DNA of 64,000 bases from Orbicella franksi. Taxonomy: Eukaryota. Made by a program: the position numbers and the translations under genes. Location: NCBI GenBank assembly GCA_964199315.1, contig OZ116700.1, positions 32,116,001 through 32,180,000 on the forward strand, written 5' to 3'. Positions 1 through 13,387 of this stretch are shown here, in pieces (within the stretch, counting starts at the first letter, position 1; every line of letters begins with the position of its first letter). The notes under the pieces are model-generated. The model had not been told where the DNA came from, ran no database searches, and saw only the letters and a program-made list of their open reading frames with translations.

Positions 1-3000
1 TGAACTAATCTACCGTGTGTTGATCGGTACGTTCATTGGGTATCAACATACATGCACCTGACCCAATTGATGCGAGCTGATTGGGTCATCAGCTCATGAA
101 TAATTAATGAGTTTGAGAACGATATATCAAGACCTTTTCGTTTGATTCATCTTGAAAATGAAGCAGTACATTCAGTAAAGATTTTACTGAGAAAAAAGTC
201 GTGTAAAGAAAGATTTTTAATTAGTTAGCTCTAACGGTAAGTATAACAACCGTGGAATGAACTTGAAGTTCGTGAAACAGCACCCGTTTCTTTTGAGCAA
301 AATAATGCAACTCATCAGCCTTCCTATGTGCAGCTATTCTGAGCTATTTGACAACTGAGAGTCGTATCTGTGTAAAACCATTCCCTACTTTCCCTCGATT
401 CCTTTCGTCTTGCATGGTGACCAATCAGCTTCTCTGCTAGTTATATAGCGGCAGGGATAGAACGAGAATATTGTAAAGTAAATAGTTGTCAGTATTTTGA
501 AGCAGCCGCCCTCCGTGAGAAATGTTTTTGTGACCATTTAATTCCCTCAAGTATTGATGATTCAATTTCATTTTGGCGGGGGGTAACTTATTGTATTGTC
601 CTACCTAGCTTTGTAATTTTGCACGCATAAGTTTGTTTTTATTTCATTTTTATCAAGTTATCTCGGTATTTTTATGACGTCGGACCTGATACATAACATT
701 GATATTGCTATGTTAATATGTTGCGCAGCGCTGGGTAGCAATGGCTAGCCTGCGGCACTCTTAAATTAAGCTTGTGATAATTCTCGACTGGAAAATTGGA
801 AACAGTTTCTCTTCAGACTTGTTCCGATGTCAGGTTTTTACTTCCTGGCCTAGATTGTTTTAGCAATCTTGACTTTAATTTGTTTATTCTATGCAAGAAG
901 AATTAGATTGTGGTGTTATTCTATAAGTAAAGACGAATGTTTAGAATGGGGTCTGCTGCCACCGCTTCGGTCTTCTCCGATCGTTTAGCTCTGCGAATCG
1001 TTTATTTGATTAACAACTCTGTACAAATTGTCAAGAGAGGCATAAAATAAAATTTTCTAGGTAAGCTAAGGATGACAATGAAGTTTTAAAGTGGCGTTCT
1101 TGGAAGTTTCGACAGCCAATGAGTTGTGCTTTGGGCAAAATACGCCACTAAAAGAATTTCATTTTTAATCGCAGGAAAAAGTAAGAAGGAACAGATTTTC
1201 TGGTTGAATATAGGCATCAAAATATTCATTTGAAAACAGACTTGGCTATTTGAAACCCAGCTTGCCTTCTTGATTTTTATCAACTTCTCGTCTGCCCAGC
1301 GGTGTGCTCATTGTTTGGTTGTTATAAAGCTCCTGACAACAGACATTGAATTTGGATTAAAATTCATATTCACTGCAAGATGCCAGTATGCGTGACCCAC
1401 GAAAAAAAAATCCCTTATTAGTAACATCCCACATAAATCATTTTAGCCTTATAAATTGAGCTTAACTGCCCATAAATACTTATCATGGTAAGATCTATGA
1501 TCGAGGAGCCGCATTTTCCGGCTCCGCAAGCTACTGTTTATTTCAACATCAAGCTAGTCTTGATATGTAAATTGTCAAGACTTTGCGGACCCCTTATAAA
1601 TATGGATTATTTACAGAGAAGTCAAGAATAAATGAAATTAATTTGAGAGTTGCCCGCCAGATAACCGTGAAGGTGTCGCATGAGGACAGCCATCCTGATT
1701 TTTAACTCAAAGGAAACAACTTTTTCAACGTCCGCCCGGCTGAGGAACTAACGGATAGCTGAATATATTATTATTATATTATTGGATCGGAAAAGAAAAA
1801 TGGATTATAGCCCTCGGAGTGCGTTGAGTGCAAGACACCGACAGTTATTTCCTTGCATTGGGTATGAAAACTGATCTTCTTGTTTAGGTGCTATTTTTAG
1901 ATTGTAATTGTGCTCATTCAAAATTTGCTTTTGTGAAATTGAAATGACAACTCTTAGCTTCCGCTGAACGCCCACAAAGTTTTGACAACGAATTTATATT
2001 ATGAAGGTCAACATTGAAGGCAAACGAAAATGAACAACCACTGATTTATATGGCTTGACCATTCCAAATTCTCGTTTTAGCAAAGTATACCTCGTTTCGT
2101 TCCAAGCCAGCATCTAAAGCTGTTTAAACTGACTTTGTCAACTTCCTCTTCCTTTGCCTCTGATATTTGTCTAAGTATGTTATTTTTTCCCAGTCACTGA
2201 GTTGCATAAATAAACTAAAAGCTAGAGAGTACCAAATTAGAACTTCAGACATGACGGCAATTTGTTTCTTCTTGTGATAGCCGACAGCGACGCGTTGTAG
2301 AATTTGTCATTAATTAATCAATTGAAAATTATTATCACTGCAACATATAGCTTTCTAAATTCTATCCCCTTCAGGGAGGTTTAATTTGCTGATTTATAAG
2401 TTATTGTTATGACTTTGATACGTTAAAAAGACATGGCATTCCGAATATTATTGATACCGGAAAATGTTTACACTGTTTTATGGCCCTGGAATCGAAGAAA
2501 ATGCGAAAGGTTTTAAACTCGAGGTTTTTGCTGTATAGTTACAGCCGTCTTGCTGACTCGTCGTTAATTTATGTCGGTTTGTTAAATTCGTAGCTGAGGA
2601 ATCTGCATCAAAGGAATCCAGTCTTTTTGCGCTGTATGAACAAATTTTTCTTGCGACCAGATTTCGTGTTTGACGACTGCAGTGCTGGGTATTGTTTAAT
2701 GTAAACAAATGTTCCTCTCAGCGCGACGCTGAGTTCCTGGTAATGAAGCTCTGCAGAGATACGTGAAGTGATTCTGATTGGTCGTCACTTACGTTCGAAA
2801 ATTACATCTGATCACCAACCAATCAGAGACGACTACGTGGACGTCTTTACTGCTGTGTTGTCCTGGGGACGAACTGAGCGTGCGAACCGAGAAACTCAGG
2901 ATTATTTTCTTCAATTCATTCGAATCTTTAAACTCATTGGAACTTGAGGTGCAAGAAAGAAGGTAGAAAGAGAAATTTTTACATAGAAACCAAGTACAAT

Positions 3001-4569
3001 AAAGAGAAATGAAAAAAGAACTGCTATAGTGGAGAACTAGACGCCGGAAACAAAAATTGTGTCTCTGACCTTGAAAAGACGGCCGTGAATCAAGGCTGCT
3101 GTTTCAAATTCTGGAACGTTACAACGCTAATTAGCAATAGGTTTTCCAGAGAAATATCCATAGAATCTGATTCAACCCAGTTGCCTATAGATTGGCGAAA
3201 TGGCTTACATGAAGATTGCTAATTTACAAAAAAATGTGACTGTTTGTTTTTTTTCTCCTTGAATGCATTATAGCTCCCTCAACTTCTTGCAAATTTGGAA
3301 TGTTTTCACAACGAAGTTTCAAAAGTCCTTATGTTTGTATAAACCAAGCACCAATGATCGAGTCTCATGGGCCACTACTGATCTAAAGAGTGGGGTGCTT
3401 TCCATTCGACGAAAAATTCTGCTCTGAATTTTGTCTATATTAATTCCAGTGGGATCCCACCCTTGATATAAGATGGCAATACAAAGCATATTGTGGTTTA
3501 ATCGTATGTCAACTGTGATTGGAAGCAGCAGTAGTGGAATGCTGCGATGATACAAAAGCCCCCGCTTTGTGTTGCTGAACAATTCGACCGAACGCCGCGT
3601 TTTCCTTGACCAAGCAGTTGGTCACTCTCGTCTCCCGTGAGAGCGCGTTTCTCTTTCAAGCTATCTTTACCACAATGTCCATCTCTTCTCCTCGTCGGAC
3701 GCCATTTTTGTCTTGGAGAGACAAATTCTTAAGGTCAGACATCAGTTTCATTATTTCATACTCAGAAAAGAAATTAAGAAAAATACGTTTCATATACGGA
3801 AAATGTTTAAGACTATGTATGTAAGGAAAAAACATCCGATATCTTAGATATAGGTAAATGGCAGACATTTCAGTTTTGAGGAACGAAAGTTATGTTAAAA
3901 TGTACTATATATGTGTGTGTGTTCAAATTATAAGAATTAATCGGCAAATAATGCATTTATTATGTATGCCATATATAAATACTTGATTTTAAGAAATAAG
4001 ACAACATACTTATATCCGCTTTATAAGTTGTACTCTTGTAACATTAGAGAAACGTAACGCCTCTTTTGGGTGTTATTACGTCCTCGGGCTACATTTGCAC
4101 TTTACGTTTGGCTTTTATCCCACGCAAGATGATCAGCCGTAGTCGTGATGTAAAAATTGGCTTAAGGTAGTTTATGAATAGTCTAAATTTTTCCGGTTCT
4201 AAATCAGCTCAAATCTGTATTTAGTGATCTGCGTTTTAATCTTAATATTTTCCCTTCAATTTGACTGCAACTTTAGAGGTTTTCTAATTTGGCGCAAAAA
4301 TTTTCTTAGGAAATTAAAAGAAAAAGAAATGCGGTCAAGGGTTGTGAATAACTGAACAAAGTTGTCAAGGTGATATGTGTTAGTTATGAAGTATTCCCCT
4401 GTCACGTGACTTTAACAAGGAAGTCCTTGTATTAATGGCGGATTAGAAGGTCAATTTTCCACACCGCTAAAAACTATAAATTCTCTCTCTTAAATGGATG
4501 ATGCAACGACATAAACATTTGTCGTTAGAAGTTGTTCTCCAAAATTTCCAGCATTAAATACATGCTTTT

Positions 4570-4573
<4 letters not shown>

Positions 4574-4609
<36 letters not shown>
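4574..4609. repeat. (TG)18 microsatellite
   Basis: Perfect dinucleotide run read directly. It explains the spurious VCVC/HTHT ORFs here. Confidence 0.97.
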
Positions 4610-4610
<1 letters not shown>

Positions 4611-6255
4611 ATGCAAAGTCCTTCTCGAGGCAGACACTTCAAATTTATGAGTTTGTTAATGTTATCGCTGTTTTTCCGCATCACGAAAGACAAGTTAGAC
4701 ATCTGTTTATGGGAATTATGTTTCACTTCCAAAAATAACGAAAAATCCATCATGGATTTATTTTCAATTTAACTATTTTATGACTGGTCGGCCTTCAAGT
4801 GTTTTAAACTGATTACAAAATGCTCTTGAGTTCCTGTTTTTCGGCTTGGGAAGTTTTAAAATGTTGTAAAAATAACTTCCCTCAGGGAACGCCACGATGA
4901 CACTATAAACTTAACCAACGGAAAGGTTACGCAAAAAGAGACGAGTCTTTAGAATTTCCTCCAAAACCTTGCCGTGTACGAACCTGAGTATAAATATAAA
5001 ACCAAGAAAGTGAAGGCGAGTCAGCTGTCAGACCGCCATCTAAAATATTTACAGGATGACTTCAGGAATTATCTGTCAATCAATCATTTTATTAAAATTT
5101 TACTTTAGAATATTCACAGAGTGTAAACTTAGAGACTGGGAAAAAATACTGGGCAATATTTAGTGATGCTAAAAGAGGGTTTCGAGCTGGAAAGTGCTTC
5201 ACTGCATGCACTGCTAAAATTTGTCTCTAAGCACAAATCATGCAGGAATATTTGCAAACATTGGTCAGATATAATATAATTTTGACTCATTGTAAGATCG
5301 CATTATCAAATACTTCAATATTTAAAGACCCTTTAGAAATCATTTCGCTCTATTAAAGGAAAAATTCAGCACGGCCGTTAGGAAAAAAAACATTTTATGG
5401 GTTTCAATGTTGAATATTTCTGAACGAACTTAAAGTTGAAACGACTGACACAAATTTAATACTGGCTCCCGCTGAATTTCTTTGTGTTCGTTTGATCGTG
5501 AAAAACAAACAAATTAGTTCTGCGACGCCAAAACGGCGTTTATACCTAAATTGCTCTTGCTGAAAAACATGTCTTGAAGCAGTATGAAAATTTCATCAAA
5601 TTTAAGGTAATGTAAAATCCCAAATCCATATAATTGCAAATGTGGCATCAATGATTAAATGAATAATTTTAGTTTGTTTGCAGCGGAACAACTTTCCAAG
5701 GCGGCTTGTCTTAAAATCTATGTATCCCCAGCTGAAACACGTACGCGGTTGTTCTGATAAGAAACTAGATTGATTTCCACTCCGAAAACATCCGTAGTTT
5801 CCACTGACATAAAACCTTCTCAGTTATAAATGATCGTGTCTTAAACCCATCGACAGTACTTTTTCTCTTCAATTTGACAAATCTTAAGTTACTGTAGTAA
5901 AATTAAAAAATATCATTTATAAAACTAATAACAGAAACGTAATCTTAAATCAGATATGAATTTCGTATCTGTCTTTTTCTGTCAAACTCTTTGGTCTGCT
6001 TTCTCTCCGGCATAGTCACAAAACAAAAACCTTGCTGTGATTTCTTTCTCGCCGAATCAGGAATAACGCTAAGTTTTATTTAGCACTTGAAACATTACCG
6101 GAATTTTTCGAGGACGAATTAAGCTAGAAAACATGCAAACACCAGATGACGCGGCAGACGTGTTTGTAGAAGACACTTTAGGAAAAACAAGAGAACACTC
6201 AATCGCTCACAATGTGACAATGAAAACAACAAATGCCTGCTAAATTTGGCACTGA

Positions 6256-7691
6256 TGACGTCACGCGTCCATCAAAGCGTTTTGCATTTGATGGGCTTAA
6301 AATTGAGCTGTAAGAAAAAGACTAGCTCATATGAAAACTAACTACTCAGGTGGAAGGAGGCAGCACATAAGCACAGACGTCTTTCAAATTCACAAAGCCC
6401 GCATTGTTATTCATAAATTATAGGGAAAGATGGTTCTACGTTTTAGCCCGTTCAGGTAAGGTGTTTTGCATATTAAGGTACCTTGTTTTGGTTTCTTTCA
6501 AAGCTTGCTCTAGCTATTATTACGATTAAAATGCTTGAAGCGATTGAACGTTGTGCTGTAACTCTCCAAATGTGATTCAAATTGCGAATCATGGAATTTC
6601 TTGACGAGGCCGAGTAAACGTATCCGGAAACAAAATATTTCGTAAAAATTGTTTTCCCAGATAATTCAACACAAAGAGATCCATCGAGCTGCGACAGCAC
6701 TCGCGGTGTAAAGAGTTTATAAAAATATCATTTGTTGTGAATATATTGCCATGTTTTAAAAAGGTCGGCCTTGATTACCGCAAAAGTTCGCAAGGCAGAA
6801 AACCGGAGGTTCTATTCATAATGATATTTCATTTTATCTCGGAGAGAATATGCTTCCGTCCTCTGTCTGCATTCTGGAAACCGCGTGTTTGTAGTCTTCT
6901 TCAATTAAAATTCAGCGATGTTTTTAGTTCAACTAGTTTTATTCCATGAGAAATGTTGCCACATTTCATTCCCTTAAAAATGTTTCTCACTCAGTTGCCG
7001 GCCGGTTTTCGTACGCAAATATTTAATATCATTATTAAAAAAAATTTGCATCGAAAATGACGATGCCGTTTCAGTTTTTAATGAAAAAAACAGACACGAC
7101 AATTTGACCTGTGGATGAATTCCTAGACCGTTTAAAAATAGAATACATTTTCAAGAGTCTTTTGTAGAGAATAACCCACGCATCAAACAGTAACTGGAAT
7201 CAAATATTAAAGAAAAACCTCACTAGTCAGGGTAAAATACGTGTTCTCTTACAGGAAAACATCAATAATTCAGCGTTAAATTATATTTGACATTTCGAAT
7301 TATTAATCAAACTGACCCTTAAACACGATTGAACGAAAAGTCATCGATTAAAACTCGGTGTTGTTTCATTTGACGACGTGACGCACGTTGTGACGTCAAT
7401 CGTAGATATTGTTGATTCTCATGTGCCTACGTGCAACAAGAGATCGTATTAACCGTCTCCTTTTTGTTGCTAGAACTAACATAATTCGACGATGTAAAGC
7501 TGATTTGAGTTACTCGTGTAATACTTTGTCATCGAGAAAAACTGACCCCACTTGACGATGATGAAATGAGCAGTTACGAGTTCGATCATATTTTCGCGCA
7601 ATACTGTTTGTATAGGTGCTAAGCTCCATAATTTGAATTCGTTTGTTGTTCAATACGTTTTTTCTCTCGTTATTCATTGCGCCTGACGTCA
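6256..7691. promoter_or_regulatory. Three perfect CRE palindromes (TGACGTCA), candidate CREB/ATF sites
   Basis: TGACGTCA at 6256-6263, 7391-7398 and 7684-7691, upstream of the + strand gene at about 8.4 kb. Function is inferred only. Confidence 0.4.
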
Positions 7692-8361
7692 CAATGTTTA
7701 CCAACTATTAGCTGCTCTCAGCGCGTTTTATTCTGCCGGTATCGTGACAAAAGACACAAAGCTCTTTTGTGTCATGAAGCAATAGCGATCTGAATCGAAT
7801 TATAAATTTGAGTCTTTTTCCGTTCCATTCTGTAATGGTTTCCTTAGCCTTCTTATTATAATACGCATCTGCCACGATGACGCCAGCTCAATTTAACAGC
7901 GTAATAGAACTATCACGATTCACTGGATTTTCACTTTGTTTCCTTTGCAGAAAAGACAGCAGCACTAGGAATTAGCAATTATCGCGGGAAATGTAATTAG
8001 CGATCAGCATCGCGTTATAACATAAATGAAAAACGCTAGCATGCTGTTCATTCTGTTTACTCGCCGTTTTCTTGCTAAATTATTGCTTAAATCTATCGGG
8101 GACTAAGTATACTTTTAAGTGCTGCTTCCTTTTTGATAACAACGTGTGTAAAAAAAGCACTTTATCGTTTTCTCAATTCCACCTTGTTTTAGTTTATCTC
8201 TGGCGAACCCATCATGGTTTTATGATTTCACTGCTTAAAAGAACTGACTCGAGTTTCACTGAGTTTTTCCCTTTCTTTACTGCATTGATCAAAATAAATG
8301 CACTGTGCATTGAATAAAATGCCATATAAAATGCTATAAAGGTTTGCAGCTGCAGTCGTCA

Positions 8362-11300
8362 ATGGCATCGAAGACGATTTTAGCAAACAAGACGTAAATA
8401 ACGGCGACGCCGCCAAACAATTTTGACATACAGCTTTTTTTTCCAGCGTGAAAGAGGAAAAAGAAGACTATGAATACACATTCAGGTTTAATCCACTCTT
8501 CCCCCACGCTGAAACACTGCACTGCACATTTCGATCAAACAGCTGTTAACTAACCCTTTTTCCAAGAATATCTTTCGACTGTTTCGCAATAGCCTTAATT
8601 TACGCTTGCATTGGTCAAACTTTCTTAAAATAGTTACATCTGTTCAACTGAGGTGAACGTGGGATCGTTCTATCTTCTCAGCTGATTTTCTTGCCTCTTA
8701 AATGTCAGGTCCACTTTTTCAAATATTACCTTCCTGAGCTAATAAATATATTTTCAATTTTCTTTAATCACAGGTTCCCTAGCTGGTCATTTGCCGACTG
8801 GGCCCAGTTTGAACTGGACACTTTGGAAGATATTTTCAAGAGATCAGACTGGCAGGAGAGAGCCCTTAAACCTGCTCTGTCCTCAATTCTCGCCCCAGCT
8901 CTCTGCGCCGTTTACGGTAAGCACTAAAACGTTTGAAAATGGGATTGGGGATACTAAGCTCCATTCTCTCTCAGTACACTGGGTTGGCGCTTTGATTACG
9001 TTTGCTCAGTGAATTCGAGACTTTTAGAGAACAAGGCATGCAATTTATAAGATGCATTCAAACCTTGCGTGCTGTTCCAAAAAAATAAACTATAGATTGT
9101 TTAGTGAAATGCAGAGTGTTCTTATCTTTTCTTTGAAACTAAAAACTATCAACCAGGGGTCGGCCAGGTTGTTCGATTCGAAAGTCGGGTAACGCTAACC
9201 CAGTATTAAACATTAACGGAAGTATCGATTTTTCTTCTATAAAAATGTTTTCACTTTTTATGTTTTGTGTAGTTTGAGATTATACAAGTTCAATACTGAA
9301 GTATAAAAAATATAAAGTAAAAACCTCACCGAAAAAATACAAGACTAAAATCAATTCTCGCTAATCCTGGGTTAGCTTAAGCGGATCTGAACAGCTCGGC
9401 CCTATGGTGTATATGAAGTCACCCGTTCTCTGCTGGTATTACTGTGTTAACGTTCTTTAATTATTGTAATAATTGCTACTTATGATGCGTAATTTAAATT
9501 GCAAATTATCTCTACACTCTCTGATCGTATTTGCGTGTGTTTTGAATAAACTGGCTTGGTTTAAAGAGAGTTTTTAAGCATAAATATCAATTTTTTTTAT
9601 CTGCTCAGCGTCATATGAAGACAAGTCCATCTCAAATTTCGAAGATGATCATGTCATTTGGGACCGTCATTACACTCTTAAGGTGCGTATGAACACAATA
9701 AATACCTTTGAGACTGAATCGAATTCCCAACGTAACGAGGAACTATGGTTACCATGGGTTTACAGTGGAAGAAACATATAGACAATGTGGTTTAATTTCT
9801 GGTTTTCATAGTTCTAGAAAATCGTATCTCCTTCTAACACTTGAGTGAAGAGCTCTAATGATACTATTATCAAATTGTAAACTTTACTAGTGCTCCTTCG
9901 TGAATTTTCCAAAAACGTCACACCAATAGCATGTAAACATGCACCAGCAATTAGAAGTACGTCACGTTTCCCGCAACGTGGGCGAAGAAAGTTAACTCAG
10001 CCTTTTATGTTGTAGCAGTTTACGATTTAAGAATCGACTGTCTGCGGCCATTGTGTGTGCACTTGCTTACTAATGAACAGTCTACAGTGGAAAATATATA
10101 GTTTTGCTTTTCTTTTAACATACAAATCACATTTATAAATGCGCCCAGAGGAAGGGAACTTGTTTATTGGAAAGATGTTATCGGAAGTCACGGTAGAGCA
10201 ATTTTATATGGTCTGAGAGTATATAAAAGGAAATTTATTGTAAAGAACATCTTGTTTTTGTGCTGATGGCTGATACAATTTGTTTCTTTCTTGCAGGATT
10301 TGTCCAGCATTGAGGTGAAGATACAGCGAGCCGACAGCCCCACGTCCTCGCGAAACAGCTTTTTCCTCCCGATTGGCGATGACCGTGAGAGACCTCGGTC
10401 ACCGGAACTGCTGTACCCGCCTATTGCTAACATAGCCGAGGTAATGAACATTAAGGCTTTTAAGGAGCAAATCACCTTTTACAACTTTGTTTCTATACAG
10501 CACAGAAGGGATCCAATAATACATATAGAGACGACAGAGGCACATGTTTATGCAGGTTTGAAGGAATTCTTAATTGCACGACATTTGCGACCGCGCTTGA
10601 GAGGACTGCTCGTGAAGGAAACATTTTTGCGCCCGCGCAGTTTCCTTGCAGTCTCTATATATTTACGTAACAGGAAGATTTCTGCTTTTCAGTCACAGTT
10701 TATTTGCGAAGTGTTCCTTCGTTTTGAGTTGCCACGGACCCATTTCGAATTTTCTCAGATTTCCATCAGTTCTGAATTAAACGAGCAAAAGTCCCACGAT
10801 AAAGAAAAGCCAGGACTTATCTCCTTCTGCTTATCATCTTAAAGATTATAACACCACGTTCCCTGTCATTGCTTTATAATTCAGTATTCACCATAAAATA
10901 ATTCATGATCACTTCACACATGCACTTCAACGTGACAATAATCTTTTAATATTTAATGAATGTGATCTGAGGCGACATTTCTCGAACACCACTATCATCT
11001 CTCAAAAAATTAAATTTATTCATAACGTACATGGTCTTCTCGAGACTACAAATTGAACAGCTTTCAGTCAACTTTTTATAGCAACGTCGATAATTTATAT
11101 AGAGGCTAAATATGAATTTTATTTCGAATGGTATAAAAACAATATCTTGCTAAAGAGCGCTGCGAGTGAGTAAAATATTGTTTTAACACGAGAAAATAAA
11201 TTTTTACAGGGCCGTGTAATCTTCTTTTTATTTTATGGACACGAATCTATCGCTCGTCATTTTCGCTGACTGTTTGCATAAACAACCGTCAAAAAGCGGG

Positions 11301-12088
11301 AAATGACCTCATCAATTTCTTCACCAATGAGGAAATGGAAAAGACGTCACTCGTGATCCTAAATATGACCAAATATAGTTTCCTAAGAATTTGGCGAGTG
11401 GTGAATTTTCCAGTAAAACACTTGTGTCTGTATAAAATGAAATTACGAAAGATTTATTGCAGCAATTTAACCTAAAACACAGCTTTTATCTTTCTTCTTT
11501 TTGGCAGATTAAAGAAAAGCTTCCCCCGCCATGCGATTCCGGAAGATCTTCGCCAATCTTCGTCTCAGGATACGAAGCCGAAAGACAAAGAAATGACATC
11601 AAGCAATTCGGACGCGAAGTGGCTTCCAAACTCGCCGAGAGAAGAGCTGAATACGCTAAGAGGAGGTTGAATCAACTTCAGGAAGAAAATGAAATAATTG
11701 AGGTAAGAATTTTTTGTACGTAATTGGGAACATTTTAAGTTAATTCTCGAGTTGGTATAATTGGCACAGGTTTTGCATATTAAGTCATTGTAGTCAGAAC
11801 AAGCCATGTTTTCTGAGTTTCCTAGGTGATTTGTTTTAATCAGAAACTTTTTTTCCGATATTTTAGCGCAACATAGAGGAGGCAGTCAAAAGTAAAATGA
11901 AACAGCTTCAAATGGCGGACCACTTAGAGAAGGACGGAACATTCCTGAAGGACAGGAGAGCCAAACTATGGAGACGGTGCGCAAATATGGCGGAAATCCT
12001 GGCCAAAGAAGAAACAGAGACAATATTATGGCAGAAAAGATACAAAGAAGCCATTGCAGTTGTGTCTGGAAGCTTTGCTTTTTTCTAA
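8362..12088 (+). CDS. Uncharacterised multi-exon protein (about 282 aa) with C-terminal coiled coil
   Basis: Phase-consistent exons: 8774-8916 (FPSWSFADWAQFELDTLEDIF...), 9609-9682, 10297-10440, 11508-11702, 11867-12088 (TAA), all with AG/GT ends. The tentative 5' exons 8362-8393 and 8447-8485 are weaker (53-nt intron, GTTTAA donor). Heptad-like E/K/R/Q-rich region in the last two exons. No family recognised. Confidence 0.7.
9161..9403. mobile_element. Degenerate non-autonomous DNA transposon (MITE-like) in intron
   Basis: Imperfect terminal inverted repeats GGCCAGGTTGTTCGA ... CTGAACAGCTCGGCCC with GCTAACCC/GGGTTAGC subterminal motifs. Ends approximate. Confidence 0.5.
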
Positions 12089-13282
12089 TCTCGTATGTTG
12101 ATAGGCATGTACGTGCTGTTAGAAGGCGGTGTGATGGTTCGTTCAGACGGAGACGAGGAGACGAAACTATGACGAGTCTCGTCATGAGAACGGGTCCTGT
12201 CAAAAGAAAGAAGACCCAGGACCGCAGCAGCTCCCAATCCCAGAAATGAAATTGCGGAGTCAAAGACGGTTATTTTTCTCCCTTCCTGAATGATACCTGA
12301 CAATTTTGTATAAAAAATAAGACCGAGTAAAAGATCTACGAAAAAATAAAGGCATCACAAGAGAGGCCGGTCTCGAGTAAAATGTCAGTTCTGAGAATGA
12401 AAATGAAAGATATAAACAAGAACGAGGATACATACTGTCTCAATGTGATGCGATTTTCTTCCTTGTGAAAACGGGTCTACAAAATTACATTTAATTCGAA
12501 GGAGATCACCGAGGCAATTAACGTGGTTGAGACCGAAGAGGACTGGAAAGTATTACGAACGGGAGACTTGAACAAAACATAAAACATTTAGGCGTCAAAA
12601 CAGTTCATGATGCACCAGTAATTGAACTGAATATTTATTGTAAACTTTTTATATAAATTGAACTGTTTTGGGAAAACGTTTGACTTCAGTATAGCTTCTT
12701 TCTTGTTCGAAATCTTTATGCCGATCGACCGCAGTATACTACCATGGATTTTTCATTTGCTGTGCATGACGATCAGCAGACCAAAGGCTACTGAAAAAAT
12801 GATGTGACATTTATTGAACAAGGATTTACCAGCAATATAAAGTTAAAATCAATTATAAGATACTTTACAATTAATTTAAGACACTCTTTCTAAAACAAAC
12901 AAATCGATATTTCATTACTTTTTCAAACGCATGACGGATGCTTCGAGAAAATTCCAAAGCGAAAGATCGAGATTTTTGTTGCCATTTGCATGATGCAATA
13001 GGTCTTTAAAATATTTTCTCGCATTCACGTGTGCTCTATACGTAAATCACGCAAAAAAAAAAAAAAAATTGTGTGAGCGCGTAACGTAAAGTAAGCGCGC
13101 GGAAACATATAGTAAGAATACTGGTTAGGATACAAATCGTGGAGTAAAACCAATTTAAAAAAAATGAATATTTTGAAATCTTTGGTCCTCTTCTTTTAAT
13201 CTCGTAGTCTTTTTGGTACTCGCGGTTTTTTTCAGGGTTTTTTTTTTATAAACGATCCATGCTGATTGCTAATTATAACCAT

Positions 13283-13387
13283 ATGCTTGATATGCTTGAG
13301 ATGCTTGTCTTACTTGACATGCTTGACTTACTTGAGGTGCTTGACGTACTTGAGATTCTTGTCTTACTTGACATGCTTGACTTACTT
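13283..13387. repeat. Degenerate 9-bp minisatellite (ATGCTTGAC/TTACTTGAC) with 54-bp higher-order repeat
   Basis: About 11-12 units sharing a CTTG core. A 30-bp block CTTGTCTTACTTGACATGCTTGACTTACTT recurs at 13304 and 13358. Confidence 0.9.

Noticed and set aside
59-88. Inverted repeat TGACCCAAT...ATTGGGTCA, and a similar TCTGATTGGT/ACCAATCAGA pair at 2773-2827
   Set aside because: These are short (9-10 bp) opposed CCAAT-box motifs with no linked gene or TSD. There is not enough to call a hairpin RNA or an element.
4401-4410. Perfect GTCACGTGAC (CLEAR/USF E-box) palindrome
   Set aside because: A single motif with no nearby supported TSS; chance occurrence is plausible.
5160-5235. DAKRGFRAGKCFT, vaguely like the RT QxGFR motif
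   Set aside because: No other reverse-transcriptase motifs nearby, and stops in all frames.
10441-10842. 3' part of the 183-aa ORF 10291..10842
   Set aside because: It is read-through into an intron after the GTAATG donor at 10441; only 10297-10440 is exon-like.
13304-13387. CATG/CTTG cores resembling p53 half-sites in the 9-bp minisatellite
   Set aside because: The flanks do not fit RRR/YYY and no paired half-sites form.
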